DNA of 64,000 nt, taken from contig NW_026930642.1 of assembly GCF_032062105.1 (NCBI RefSeq), positions 310,001 to 374,000 on the forward strand, written 5' to 3'. Below the pieces are notes generated by a model. That model was not told the DNA's origin. It saw only the letters and a program-made list of their open reading frames with translations, and made no database searches. The stretch comes from Saccostrea cucullata. Lineage: Eukaryota. Numbering within the stretch: position 1 is the first letter of the stretch; every line of letters starts with the position of its first letter. This document shows, one piece after another, positions 12,944 through 25,896 of the stretch. Made by a program: the position numbers and the translations under genes.

Positions 12944-15499
12944 TTCACATTAGTATTTATGTAAAATAATGCATTTGTCATGAAAATTAATAGTCCTGGA
13001 TATATTCCAAATTAACAACTTGTAAATAAAAGATATTGCAAATAATGATTGGTTTACAGTGCATATTTCTCATAGCTTGAATATTACTACTTATAGTACT
13101 TATTGTACTTATATAGAATTAAGTAATTTTGTAGAAGTATTTATTGAAATACTTTGGAACATCTGATAATTATGACACCGTTACTGTAAAATCCAGTATA
13201 TTTCATGATTTATGTTGTGCACTTGACTTGTTTGTAATTCACAGCTTTTTTATGAACTTAGGTTGTAGTCATCAATTTTATATTAAGTTGCTTTATTTTT
13301 TTGCTTCCTCACAATATACACCTCTGTAAAGTGATTGCACCAAATTCTTTTAGATCTCAAATCTTAAATTTACTTTTATACTTAATTTGAATGCTTGTTT
13401 ATAATGTATAGACAGTATTATAAGTGTGCTCACAAAGTCAGTTTTTCGATAGAAAATTATTTCTACAAACCAATTCATTGCTTGCTCAATGTTTCCCAGC
13501 AATTCCATAAAGGGGGGCTTTATAGACATACATTCACACAGATTTTAAAACTCAAAAATCAGCAATTTATTGACTCTTGACAACTTCCCTACTGGAAGTC
13601 AAGAATGATAACTAAAATTGCCAGAAATACTCAAGGAAACGAAAAGGTTCTCATCTTTCTTATCAATCTGAAACTTTTTAAAATGCGATTTTAAACTTTT
13701 ATCCTCTTGAAATTTTATGTATATTTGTTTGTATTCAGGAACAATAGAGCATACAGAATAATTTAGGATTTACGTTTGCCACTATAAGGTTGCATCTTCA
13801 ATTTGTTATAGAACATGCAGGTAATGCTACATGTATATATATGCAAATTTTACTGTCATATGTGACAGTGTTATAAATAGCACTGTTAAAATGCAATAAG
13901 AAAGCCTTATTTCATAAATATGCTAAATTGTGGTGTTATTACAGCAAAAAGAATTCATCTTTCTTTCTGAGTTATACCCAGTCCTCTGAGTTTTAATTAA
14001 ACACCTTTACTTCTGTATTTTTATTTCACATGTAACATGCATGTCACTGCAGGTATTCAGCAGATGTGAAATCTTTAGCCTGAACAAGCTTTGTTTTTAA
14101 AACACCTAGAACATATGGTGAACATATGTGTTGATTAATATTAGTTGGATGATTAAGAAATAATATTGAGATTTTATTTACCAACAATAATAATAAAGCA
14201 TATAATAAATTGTAATTTGGAATATTATAACAATGTTATTCTTATATAAATGACTACACCTCATAAATATGCAAATTTTGAATATTATTTCCCTTTTTTT
14301 TTTTATACCATATTTGTATAAAATAACATACTTATTGATACCAAATAAATGTTTTTAATAATTCCTATATATAGCTGAACTTTGTTATCCCAGACATGGA
14401 TATTCCATAAACAATATGTCTGTAAGATTTAACATTTCAAAGCTCTTTTTTCTTGAAGTATTTTATACAGATTATTATTCCTTGTTCTGGATTCAATCAA
14501 GTTTGAAATAACCATGTTTGATAGTATACTGTACTAGTAATAAAATTTCCAAGTACTTGCATTTTACTGAAATGTATAAGAATTATGTAATCAAGTATAC
14601 CTGAGAGTGTATCAATGTTAAAGGATATACAGGCTCAGGATAAGCTGTGAATTATTGTATACCTGTGTATATTTTTGACTTTAGATATTGAAGCCTTTCT
14701 TTTCTGCATTACAAGCAGCTGGTGTTCATTCAATCTTGATGTAAACCTGCAATAGTGCCTGACTATTACAGAAATCTCTGTCATTTGTGTTATTATATTT
14801 TGTTTCTTTTTGTTTTCAAAAAATTAGGAATAAATTTTTTTTATTTCAATCTTTTTTCTTTGCTTTAGTCATCTGATAAATGAGATTTGAAATTACTGTG
14901 TAATCACAAATTTTTGTGAGGGTTTAATTTTCACTGTGTTTGACAAATGAAGAGAGCCACAAAATTTATGTCCACAATGAAATGAAAACTAATCAACAAT
15001 TCTTCATCCACGAAGTCTTAATTTCCATGAACCCAGAGTTTTTCCTGAAATGGCGGAAATTTGACCCCACAAAAATACTGTAAATGTATTATATTTGGTA
15101 TGTACGATATGGCAGAAATTAAGGTTTCAGCATGTTAGTGCAGATTTGATTTAGCGCTAATTGAATGTGCTAGATATACTAGTAAATATATGATGTACAA
15201 AACATTTAGCTACAAGACATTAAGTGCTGTACATGATTTAACGGATCTGCTTTCCACCAAAATCACTAACTAGAATACACTACTAATGTAATATGTTTAC
15301 AGTATGTGATTTAACAGAAGTTTGGACAAAATTGACCTAGCGGAATCAAAGTAAGCTTTTATATCTTGTTTTGATCAAACAGAATAGGTTTCGCAAAATG
15401 CACTGTCAAAGTCAACAAAAAAGAGATGAAACATATATATATAATTTACATTCTTCATACAAAAAAAAGAGGATGAACTGGTTTGTCAGAGCCAAAGAG

Positions 15500-15733
15500 A
15501 CAGATATCAAACATACTCAAGACTTAGATTTTTTCAATGATTTATTTTCTAAACCTGTGGAAGATTTCAAATATGGATGGATTAAAATTCCTTTGCACAT
15601 ACTCATAAAAATCAGAATGCATCATCAGAAAGATATTGAACATAAAAAGGACTTTTCAATGACTAAAAATGTGGAAGATTTCAATATGAACGGATTTAGG
15701 TTTTCTTTGCATCTACTCATAAAAATCAGAGCA
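15500..15733. repeat. Two-copy ~114-bp tandem duplication in the presumed 3' UTR of the minus-strand death-domain gene
   Basis: tgtggaagatttcaa...ctttgca..tactcataaaaatcaga occurs at about 15556 and 15670. Confidence 0.7.
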
Positions 15734-15797
15734 CATTTTTTAGTCCTGAAATATGTGTAAATGTTTAACTGTTGTATAATAAGGAGATGGTCAATGT

Positions 15798-18700
15798 TTA
15801 AAGTAATGCAGCCGCATCATTCATTCTACAATCTCGTAGAGCTTGCGCCAGAACTGACGATGTGGCCTGACTTCCTTCGCGGTTCTTCCAGGACTTTAAC
15901 ATAGCGTACACCTGAAAATAAATTGAAACAATCAATACTCAATGAATTCAAATGTTTAAAAAGTTTAAATTCAAAATGTGGACAAGTTTTAAATTCTGAG
16001 TAAGTTGAGAAAAATAATAAATGATGGATGCATTAATACTAGTATCCTTGATGATAAAAGAGAGAATATTGCTAATCACATGGAATAAAATTTATCCTAA
16101 GATAGACTTATTTGAACCACATGGCTTTAAAACAAGAGTTTTAAGACTAGCTGTTAGCAGGAAAGGTTTCCACCTCAGGCTTGTAACTGGTACATACAAT
16201 AACAAAATGAGCTGTTTCCAACCAAAAGCATAATTATATGTTTCATAAATTTTTAATAAGCTAAATATTACTAAAGGCAAACTCATACATGTATATGCAA
16301 CATCAGTATCATGACTTTTCTCTACTATAAATACTTCCTAAAATGGTACATATAAATAAAACAAGAGATGTTTGTAAAACACTTATGGCCCCCCTCCCCC
16401 CAATTGGAATTTTTCTAAGTCCAAAAGGGCATAACTCTGTCAAACATGTGCGATCGTACCCAAAACAGAACCTGATCTAGATATTCATCTGATAAATCTG
16501 TATACTAAATTTCATTTCAGTATGTGCAACCTCTGCAAAGAAAATGAACAGAAACTGCAAATAAATGGAATTTTTCTAAGTCCAAGGGGCATAATTCTGT
16601 CAAAAATGGTGCGATTGTACCCAAAACAAAACCTGACCTAGACATTCATCTGATAAATCTGTATACTAAATTTCATTTCAGTATGTGCAATGGTTGTGAA
16701 GAAAATGAACAGAAACTAAGTTGATTGACAGACCAACCGATAAACAGCAGCAAAGCAATAAGCCCTCCCTTCTTCGAAGGGGGGCATAATAAAAACATGG
16801 GTAACAAGATGTCTGAGCCAATGCTCACCTATTATACCCCCGCTCTGATGTGAATTCTTAAGTTCAGTTATGGTCAGACACAGGGATAAAAGGGAAGTTG
16901 ACATCGGATTCACACAAGAATGAATCCTCCCATAAGGCATATACGTAAACAAATATTATGCTAAAATTTCAAGCATCTGCAATAAGAAGTTGCAGAGAAA
17001 ACTGTGACAAAAATTTGTTACTGACAGCTAGACAGACAGATGGACGAACGGACATGAGCTGACACGAAGAAACACAAGGGTATATATATAACAATATACC
17101 CTCCTCTCCTTCGGAGCAGGGGTATAATTAAACTGATTACATTAACCCCTTACTTTAATGAAATTTCAATGGAGCATTATTTAGAGTCAATTGTCGCACA
17201 TGAAACAAATGTTCTAGTAGTGTACACCTCTCTAAATACAACATTTATGCAAGTTTGGTCTTTGAATTTCAGTTACTCAGGAATCGAGTTATTCCAAAAC
17301 CTATCTATTTTTTATAATCATTCGGAACCTGCAAGATTTTATGCTAGTAAGTTGGCTAGTGTACATTCATCCTTAGATACATCATCTTTGCAATTTTGGT
17401 CAGCAAAGGGATTTTCTAGTGACCTGGGAATAATCTGAAGAAAATCTGGTATTTTCATTCCTGCAACACTCATCTGAAAAAGTTTGTTGGATTCAGACTA
17501 TCATCAGCAACAGTCAACAGTCTGGCAGAATGCATCTCTAAATGCATCATCTATGCAAGTTAGCTTAAAACAGGGCTTATAGGTTCATTAGATTGCACTG
17601 GTCAATTATTTGAAAAGGAATTGTGGTCCAAAAAACTTGAGATGGTGGACAAAAGAAAGAGAAAAACCAGGCACCAGAGTCCAACTGAATTATCGTGCCC
17701 TGATTCACTAAAAAGGCTGACCATTTTATATTCATTTGAAACAAGAAATTAAGGTACTTTGCAAAGAATAGTGTTTAATGAACATAATAAATACTTGAAG
17801 ATTCCTGGCAGAACCTAACTGTTTTGGAGTGCATGGTGCATGCATGTGTATACATTTTATAACCCAGATTCTCACCAGTCTAGCCTAATGCTTCTAAATA
17901 ATTTAAGTTTATTTAATAGATGCATAAGAAGGAAAGAACCAAGATATATAAAAGATAAATAGTCTGAGTTCTGCTAGATCTAACAACTAAACACATATCT
18001 TAACCTTGTCACTTTGATTCTGAAAAAAAAAACACAACACTTTGTTTTATGTAACACAAACAGAATTTGAGGAACTGCATGCAGTTCTGTAATGATGCAC
18101 ACTGAAGTGGTAGGAATATTATTGTATTTTTCTAATATTCACTTTTACATACAAACACACTTCATTTCTTTTACTAATTAATAATGTAGCACCTGCCAAT
18201 CACTTAAAAATATTCATTAATAGTCTGATCAGTACCTTTAGTATTTTAATTTAGTATGTGTTTAAAACAAAAATTTTTGTTTAAAAATTAAAAAACAAAT
18301 TTCTTAGTATTGATTATTTTTTTAATTCCTTCCTAGTAGCTTTAATATTTAATAATAAGCTCTAATGTTTAACCAGTGCACCATTTAGGTGTACATGCTT
18401 GCAAGCCAGCCAAAATAGATAACCCCATACTAACTAGAAAAAGGTGACTTAGATGTTGATACTTTATTGTTAACCATATTGTAAATCAAGTAGGTATTAT
18501 AGCACCTCTTTATCTTTAACCAGTGATAAATATTAAGCCATTGTATTTGTTTTTGATGCTCTGCATTCAGAATGGGCAGAGAAAAAAATAATATTAATAA
18601 ATCTTTCTCTCCAATACATGTAATATGTTAATATATTATTAAGACATTAGTGGCCACAGATAAATTAAAAACCAATTATCACTGATATTAAATTCTCATT

Positions 18701-21700
18701 GACCTTTTCACTTGGATCCTAAAAATTGATATACATGAAGCATTCATTTTATTTTATCATATTTATATATCCAAGCAATGTTACACTCACTCTTGCTATT
18801 TTCATAATTATAATGAGTCATAATTTTGAGTTTTAATAAAAATAGTTGGCTTTATAAAATATTTCTAAGTTTAATTTTTTATAATTTTTTTTTATTATTT
18901 GCATTTGATCTCACCTGCTGGCGTTGGTCATTACTCCTGGATTGGAACTCTTCAATGTCTTCAAATTCAAAGTCCAGTTTGTTGGCTAATCTGACCCAGT
19001 CCTTGTTGTGGATCTTCACTGCTATTTTCTGAAGCACCTTGTCATCTGGAATGGGGCCTCCCATATTACTCCTGGGGGCGGGGGTGGGGCCTGTACTGTT
19101 GAACTATTGTAAATGAAAAAAATAATGAAAACCATCATTCTGTCCTATGAATAAAACTACTATACAATTGTCTCGATTTCTTACTCACCCCCACCCCCAC
19201 CCAACTTTCCATTCAGCAAATGGGGTGGGGAAGGAAACAATCTCTTAAAATCATACTGTCAAATAATCTGAAATCCTTTGATTGAAGAACACATCCATGT
19301 TAAATCATGTACATATGTACTCTTTTTTATGACCCATGATAAAGCTAGAATCGATTCACTTGGTTTTAAAGAATAATTAAATGCAATCAATAAGTGAAAT
19401 TTAATTAATCCTTATTTTTTAATTCATGGCATATTAACTCAATACTTATAGGAGTTTGTCATGGTGACCTCTTAAAACTACAAGCAAGGTACAAGTTACT
19501 TATGGATAAAAATTTAATTGCTTCAATTTTTTATTTATATTTCCCCAAGTCGATAATGACAAGTTCAAATAAAAAAAATTGTAAAGAGGTCACATTACTA
19601 GTTCTTGTCTGCAGTTCTTAACAAAGTATACAAATTATAAAACTTCTGTGAAACAAGTTCACATTCATAATCATTAAGTACACTTTCTAGTAAATATATA
19701 TCATTTGGTTGATCCAGTGTGTACATGTTTATGGGCACTAAATATTATAACAAATTTATATAAACATTTGTACAGTCAAATGTGCATTGCCACTGCATTC
19801 TTTGGAAAAAAAGTTTAAAATAAAGTGCAAAAAGGCAAAATATTGTCTATGTTGTGTGCATTGAATAAAAATGTTTTGTGCAGATCCTAGTATAAACAAC
19901 TTTGTCAAATAAATTTTATTTGAAATCTTACAAAAATTATTTTTAAGTAGGATTTAAAAAGGAATATAAGTTTTACTGACCAAATGGAAAAGCATTAAAA
20001 AATAGAAAGAAAAAAGTGTAACATTCAAAAGACATGTAGAAGTAATATATGCTTTTAAGGAATATATTTATATGTTTACTTGACTATTTCAACAAGCTGA
20101 AAGTCGTATTTGTTGAAGATTTAAATGCCTAATTTTTTCATGTAATTAAATTCCATTTATAAAATGTTGTGATATGTAAATGCATGAAGCAAGTGACTAA
20201 TGTAAATTCAATGTGTACTATTATAATACCATTCTATTCTGAGTTTGTCTGCCAGATTGCATCTGTAAAATTAAAGTTATATTGTACAGTTCTTGAGAAA
20301 TCCCTGTTGTGGAATCCACCAGTTTTAACCTTATAACAAATACTGTTATATTTACCAGTATTTATAGATAATTAGAAGTCTGACATTTAGATATTTGTAT
20401 AAACCCGGGTCATGCTGATCAAGTTTGTATTCTGTTGACATTAAACCACTATCTTGATACATCTATTGCACCTGACTTGAATCTCCTGTCAAATGACCTC
20501 ATTTTTACATTTCAGGTAAGAAAACAGGTACTAGTAAAAACAAAAAAAAAACAAAAAAAACAAGAGGCCCATGGTCCACATTGCTTACCTGAGTAACATG
20601 GCCCTTTCATCTTCATCAGCACAATTTTTTTTTTTACACAAAACTTTGATCACATACATGTATATAATTATGGCATAACCTTACTACCAGGGGTTAAATT
20701 TGAATAAAACTGAATCTTACACTATTTGCAGATGCTTCCATGTAAATATGATCAATCAAAGTTTCACTGTTCCTGACTAATAAAAGACATCAACTAATTA
20801 TATTCCTTTGAAAAACTTTCATCTCCCACAACCAAGAGTACGTCATGATTTGAACAAATTTTAATCTACACTACCCAGGATGATTCCATATAAATATAAT
20901 TGATCATAGCTTTGCTATACTTGAAAGGATTTTTTTGAAATCCTTTTGTATATTTTTGATCCCCCATTGTGGCCCAAAACTACTCCTGGGGGGTCAGGAA
21001 TTGATGAACACTAAACTTACACTACCTGATTGAGGATTCCTTTGTATAAGTACATGTATTTCTAATTATAGCTTTGCTGTTCTTGAGATAAAGGTTTTAA
21101 AGATTTTCCCTAAATATGTATTCCTAATTATTTAACTTCAATCCTATGTTGTGATTACCCTATCCCTTAGGGATCATAATTTGAACAAATTCAAATATAG
21201 AGATGTTATGGATCTTTTGTATGTCATATCTTTTCTGAACCAGTGGTTCTTCTTGAGAAGAACTTTTTAAAAAGATGTCACCAAATTTTATCGAATTAAT
21301 CTTTCCTTGAAAAAGGGTAATAATTATGGCTTTTCTTGTGAACAAATCTTAAATCCTCTTTATCCAAGGAGGCTTCTTGGCAAAATTGGTTGATATTGAC
21401 CAAATGGTTTTGTAGAAGAAGTCGAGAGTGTGAAAAGTTTACAGACAACACATGACACATGATAGCTGATGACAGACAGACAAACGTCAGACGCTTTTTG
21501 ATCAGAATAGCTTGCTTAAGCCTACAACTCAGGTAAGCTATAATATTGTGCTGACTCTTCAAAGATAATTTGATTTTTTTTCTTACCTCTGGAAGTTTGC
21601 TGTGAAGTTCTTGTCTCATTTGTGAGGGCAAAAGTTCAAAGTTCAAGGCCTCTTCCAGAAGAGGTTGTGGAATTTTTAGACAGCCTCTAACAAAATTCTC

Positions 21701-24653
21701 CTCATTTATTGTCCCTGACAAGATAAAATGAAATATGGAGATAAAAATAAAAATTTACTATAATCAAGCTCAGAGATCCACAAAACAAGGAAGAGTAAGC
21801 AGCCCCTTTCAACTGGTAACACTCACCATACACTCCTTCACATTTCAGTTCATGATAATATTAATATTTATGTTCCATTAATAATTAATTTAAATTTATA
21901 TATGATAAGCAAAGATTAAATTCAAAGCTGTATGATATGAATGCTACCTTTGTTCCCTGGGTCCATGAATTGGTAGAGTGTATTAACAACTCGATCTATA
22001 TTCTGTCAAAAAGTTAAATTAATTAATCACAGGAAACTAAAACAAAATAAAAAGGGCCAATAACAAACTACTATTGAGGATATTCAAAATAAAGTTAATG
22101 CATTAATTTGGTGTTCATACTAAGAAGAAAGTATATGGTAGGAAGTTATATATATTTAGCAAGATGTACTATCCCAAACTTCGTAAAAATTCTTTTAAAA
22201 ACCTTGATATATGTACTAGACATTTCTTGATTTTGCCCATGATTCCACTCTCTGTAGTCTTACCCCTTTATCCTCTGGCTGGACATACACTCTCTCTATA
22301 ATCTTTCTAAAAATGTCCTTTGGTAAATTATTCCCATTGTTTAACATCCGGAAAACACCTAGAATGAAGAATAATATATTGTAATGCATTTAAATATCTT
22401 TGATTGTCAAATATTTCCATATTATGTTTTTTTTTTCTATCAACAAAAATACCACAGGTAAAAAGTAAAAATACTTCAACTGCTTGTAATCTGAAGTTCT
22501 CTTATGCTATTAAGATTTCAAACCCATGCTGTGTGATGCACCTTTAAGCTTGTCTTCTGTGGTGGAAGTCTCACACCATTTTAATCCTCTGAGGAAATTT
22601 TCAAATGAAATTGTCTTTGTCCTGGGATTTACAAACTTTTTCATTATCTGAAATTGCAATTACATGTACATGAAATTAGTACTTGAACAAAAACTTGTGA
22701 AAATTAGAGACAATATTAAATATGTACGTACTATAATGAACTTATTGGAATCATCAAATACATTTGCATGAAATATGTCTATATGTTATGAAAAAAAATG
22801 AACAGTGTTTTAGGTGTTTGAGGAATAACATACATTTAAACATGTGTTGACATTATAAATTTGCATAATGCCATGTTTCCATGTGATATTGTCTTTCCAT
22901 GCTAAAAAAGCAAATAAAACAACCAAAAGTATCTTGAAAGAAAGAAGTCACCAATGTTTAATATGTATAACTTATTTATCTTCACTAGGATTGTTTGCAT
23001 ATTATTTTGCATTAGATCTCTTACATTTCTTGAGAAGGCATCTTGATTGATTGTATGTTGAGCTAAAGCTTCTTCAGTGAGTTCTCCTTTATCTGTACAT
23101 CCCAGCTGTTTAAATCGTAGCCAAAGTCTCTCCACCTCTGCAATACTCACTAACATATCAATAATAACATCTTAGCAATAATCATCAGTATAAAAACAGA
23201 TACAAAACATAAATACAAAACAAGTTGTTAAAAAGATTCATTGATAATTCTAGGGCCAATTAATACATATTTAGGAAAATAAAAATGTTAAAGATGGAAT
23301 TTCATGCATATGTCTGATTAAATTTATGATACTGATCAATGTTTGTAAGGGGAAAAATTGCCTTCATCATTTCAATGACATTAAAAGATACACATTATTT
23401 AATTTCAAATGGGGCAATTAACTTTGAAAAATTCCTCAATTTTAATACTTTTCAATATTTTAAAATTTCTTTCTTCTGGGTATCAACCATCCTAGCAATG
23501 CCGGGGTCCTGAGTCAACACGTTGCCGCTAGACCCCTGGCATATTTCATCCAATATCTGTGGGCTGACTGTAGCAACATCTTTCAGAAAAATTGCAAAAC
23601 TTGATTGTTTTTCTTATCTCTAAACCAATCACATTAAGCCATTCTATTATAAACAACTTGTAAAATGTGCATTGGAGGTGTCAGCTGAATCCTTATCAGA
23701 CTATTTTTGAAAGCTCTATATAATTTGATTGGTGCTTCTCAATGAGAGAAGCAAGCCCACAGATATTGAATGAAATATACCAGAGGTCTAACAGCAACAT
23801 GTTGACTCAGGACCCTTGGCTTGCGAAGATGGGTATCAACCATCCTTGCAAATTATGCCAGCTAGGGGTCTGGAGTCAACACATTGCTGCTGGATCCCTG
23901 GCAAATTTCAGTTGATATTTTAGGTCTTGCTTCTGTCACTGAGAAGCACCAATCAAAATTAAAGCTTTCAAAAATAGTTCAATAATGTTAAAAGAAAGGA
24001 TTCACTTGAAACCTCAAATACACATTGTTTATCGTAAAATGGCTTAATGTGATTGCTTGAGTTAGAGATAAGAAAAACAATCAAGATTTGTAATTTTTCT
24101 ATAAGATGTCACTCCAATCACAATCTAATTAAAATTAGATGTTAGATCCACTTGCATACTCGCTACACTAACATCTAACAACATTCCATAGAGGGTCACG
24201 ACAGAGGTCAAATTCGGAACAACTCTAGACATATTCCTTCACTAATATTCAATGTTTTTGCAGGCGACGATTTGATTGGTTGATAGACTTTGACCTCTGA
24301 CGTGACCCTCTATAAGATGTTGTTAGATGTTAGTGTAGCGAGTACACGAGCGGATCTAACATCTAATTTTAATTAGATTGCTACAATCAGCTCACATAAA
24401 ATTGAATGAACCTCCAGGGGTCCAATGTTAATGTGTTGACTCAGGGCCTCTGGTATTATGAGGATGGGTATCAACTTTTTATGTACAAATATGTGATAAA
24501 TTGATTTACACAGTGAAAATCAACTAGCATATTATTTGACGCACATTCAGAGGCAACAGCGTGGATAGTTATCCAGTTTGGTTTCTTGGGATCGGTGTGA
24601 CGGGTACATGCCTTAGACTCTGGAACCAGGATCTGACTAGTGAAGGCACCCAT
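15798..24653 (-). CDS. Uncharacterised N-myristoylated calcineurin-B/CHP-like EF-hand protein fused to a C-terminal death domain (~317 aa)
   Basis: Minus-strand exons 24653-24545, 23149-23025, 22647-22542, 22358-22264, 22002-21948, 21714-21587, 20262-20230 (33-nt microexon, less certain), 19103-18915, 15911-15798; GT-AG with consistent phases, 954 nt. N-terminus MGAFTS (MGxxxS). CNB/CHP-like helices: LSIAEVERLWLRFKQLGCTDKGELT, ISFENFLRGL, EDKLKGVFRML, DPGNKGTINEENF. Death domain: VLQKIAVKIHNKDWVRLANKLDFEFEDIEEF...VYAMLKSWKNREGSQATSSVLAQALRDCRMNDAAALL*. Confidence 0.88.
16359..16790 (-). mobile_element. HINE/Helitron-type non-autonomous element with a ~160-bp internal tandem duplication
   Basis: aacaagagatg terminus; duplicated ggaatttttctaagtccaa...aaatgaacagaaact unit; terminal hairpin gccctcccttcttcgaaggggggcata. 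Confidence 0.65.
16803..17128 (-). mobile_element. Second HINE-type element
   Basis: aacaag...tgagccaatgctca hairpin end; (gaca/gacg)n microsatellite; terminal hairpin ctcctctccttcggagcaggggtata. Same architecture as 45568-45869 and 57009-57340. Confidence 0.6.
20559..21541 (-). mobile_element. Helentron/HINE element with Cg170-like units, decayed
   Basis: aacaagaggcccatggtccacattgcttacctgag at the left end, catgatttgaacaaa units, and ctcaggtaagcta at the right end. Confidence 0.75.
23488..24466. mobile_element. Two oppositely oriented copies of one MITE (23488-23831 and 23841-24466) sharing a triplicated target site
   Basis: GGTATCAAC occurs at 23479, 23832 and 24467. Each copy has catc...gatg ends with long TIRs, and the interior of copy 2 is the reverse complement of copy 1. 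Confidence 0.8.
24121..24380. mobile_element. Mutator-like MITE nested in the second copy
   Basis: Near-perfect ~90-bp TIRs (caatctaattaaaattagatgttagatcc...); 9-bp TSD ctccaatca/ctacaatca with one mismatch. Confidence 0.85.
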
Positions 24654-24849
24654 ATTTACTGCATAAGAGGAAATAATAATACAGCCATTCAAAAGAAAAT
24701 TGCACATAAGTATATACATATAGATCAAAAGAAATATATAAATTAAAATAAATTATCATTATCATACAAAAGCTGTTTGATCACGATCTTGCAAATACAC
24801 TTGTAAACAGACCTAATTAAAAGTTTTTCAGCCTTTTTTTTGTTTACAT

Positions 24850-25380
24850 GTTGATACGGCAAACCGGAAATGAAAAGAATAAACTAAAACACTGTTTGAC
24901 GACAAATATTCCGGAAAAATATTTCTTTGGAAAATGCAATACGGAAGTTCCGGTTCTTAGTTCAAGGGACTAACTTGTTACACAGTTTGACCTTTGTAAG
25001 TACTAATATAACATTTTTTACACATTCCATGAATTAGAAATCAATTAACAATCATTATAGCCAATTTTTCCATGAACATTTTACATCAAATCTGCTTTGC
25101 AGCTTCAAATCGATGACGAAAAGTGCGAACGTGACAGAAACGTATGAGAATATGGCGTATTTTGTCAGTGTTTGCAAATGTCATGTTTAATAAACCGATT
25201 TCAACAAAATTTATCTGCCTTAAAATGTGATAAATGTGTTGTTGTAAGTGTTTTTTACAATGACTATCGTTATCCTTCTTCTATTTTTTTAATGAAATGT
25301 GCAATCTTTGTTTCCCTCAACAAAAAAATGATAATATTTACGACACGTGACTGAGAAACACATGTCGGTCATGGTCATGA
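24850..25380. promoter_or_regulatory. Candidate bidirectional promoter shared by the EF-hand/death-domain gene and NCOA4
   Basis: The divergent start codons are 1.24 kb apart. ETS-type CCGGAA/CGGAAG motifs cluster at about 24864, 24909 and 24942-24954, and an E-box GACACGTGAC lies at about 25342. Confidence 0.55.
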
Positions 25381-25896
25381 TCTTGATCAATTGACAGACT
25401 ACTTCAAGTTGAAAGGCGTTTGCATTTTATTATTATTTTGTTAAATTCAAGTATTTTCTGTGTAAGAGGTTTATTTACTGCTCTGTTATATAAATGAACT
25501 ACTTGTACTTTAGTAAATAGAATGCATTTAGGCAAGACGTAATTATTTTGCCAATTTTATTGTTCCCAGGGACAGGTATATTTCTAGTTAGGTCAGTGTT
25601 GTTACATCATGTGATAGATTAGTATGATTTTAGATCAAGGCTACTAATCTTTAATCCATTGACACAAAAAGTTCTGATGGAGATACATTCTTGTGACCTG
25701 TACCTGTTCTAAATATTAGGCCTAGATAAGATTTGTACCTTTCATCTGTTTGTGTCCCAATACACAACTGCGTAGTTTATGGTGCAGTATATGAAACAGA
25801 CACATAGGTTTTCCTGCTCTTCAAAACAAGTTCTTTAGAGGTGCACAGATTTTGAATAATTTTTTTTTGTTTTTGTTCCTAAAGTGATACTGTGAA

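Noticed and set aside
15371-15760. 129-aa plus-strand ORF with an internal repeat
   Set aside because: It starts at a non-ATG codon, is explained by a 114-bp duplication antisense to the 3' UTR of the death-domain gene, and has no recognisable domain.
21296-21586. C-terminal extension of ORF 21296-21721
   Set aside because: A strong donor (GAG|GTAAGA at 21587/21586) ends the exon; the remainder runs into a HINE repeat.
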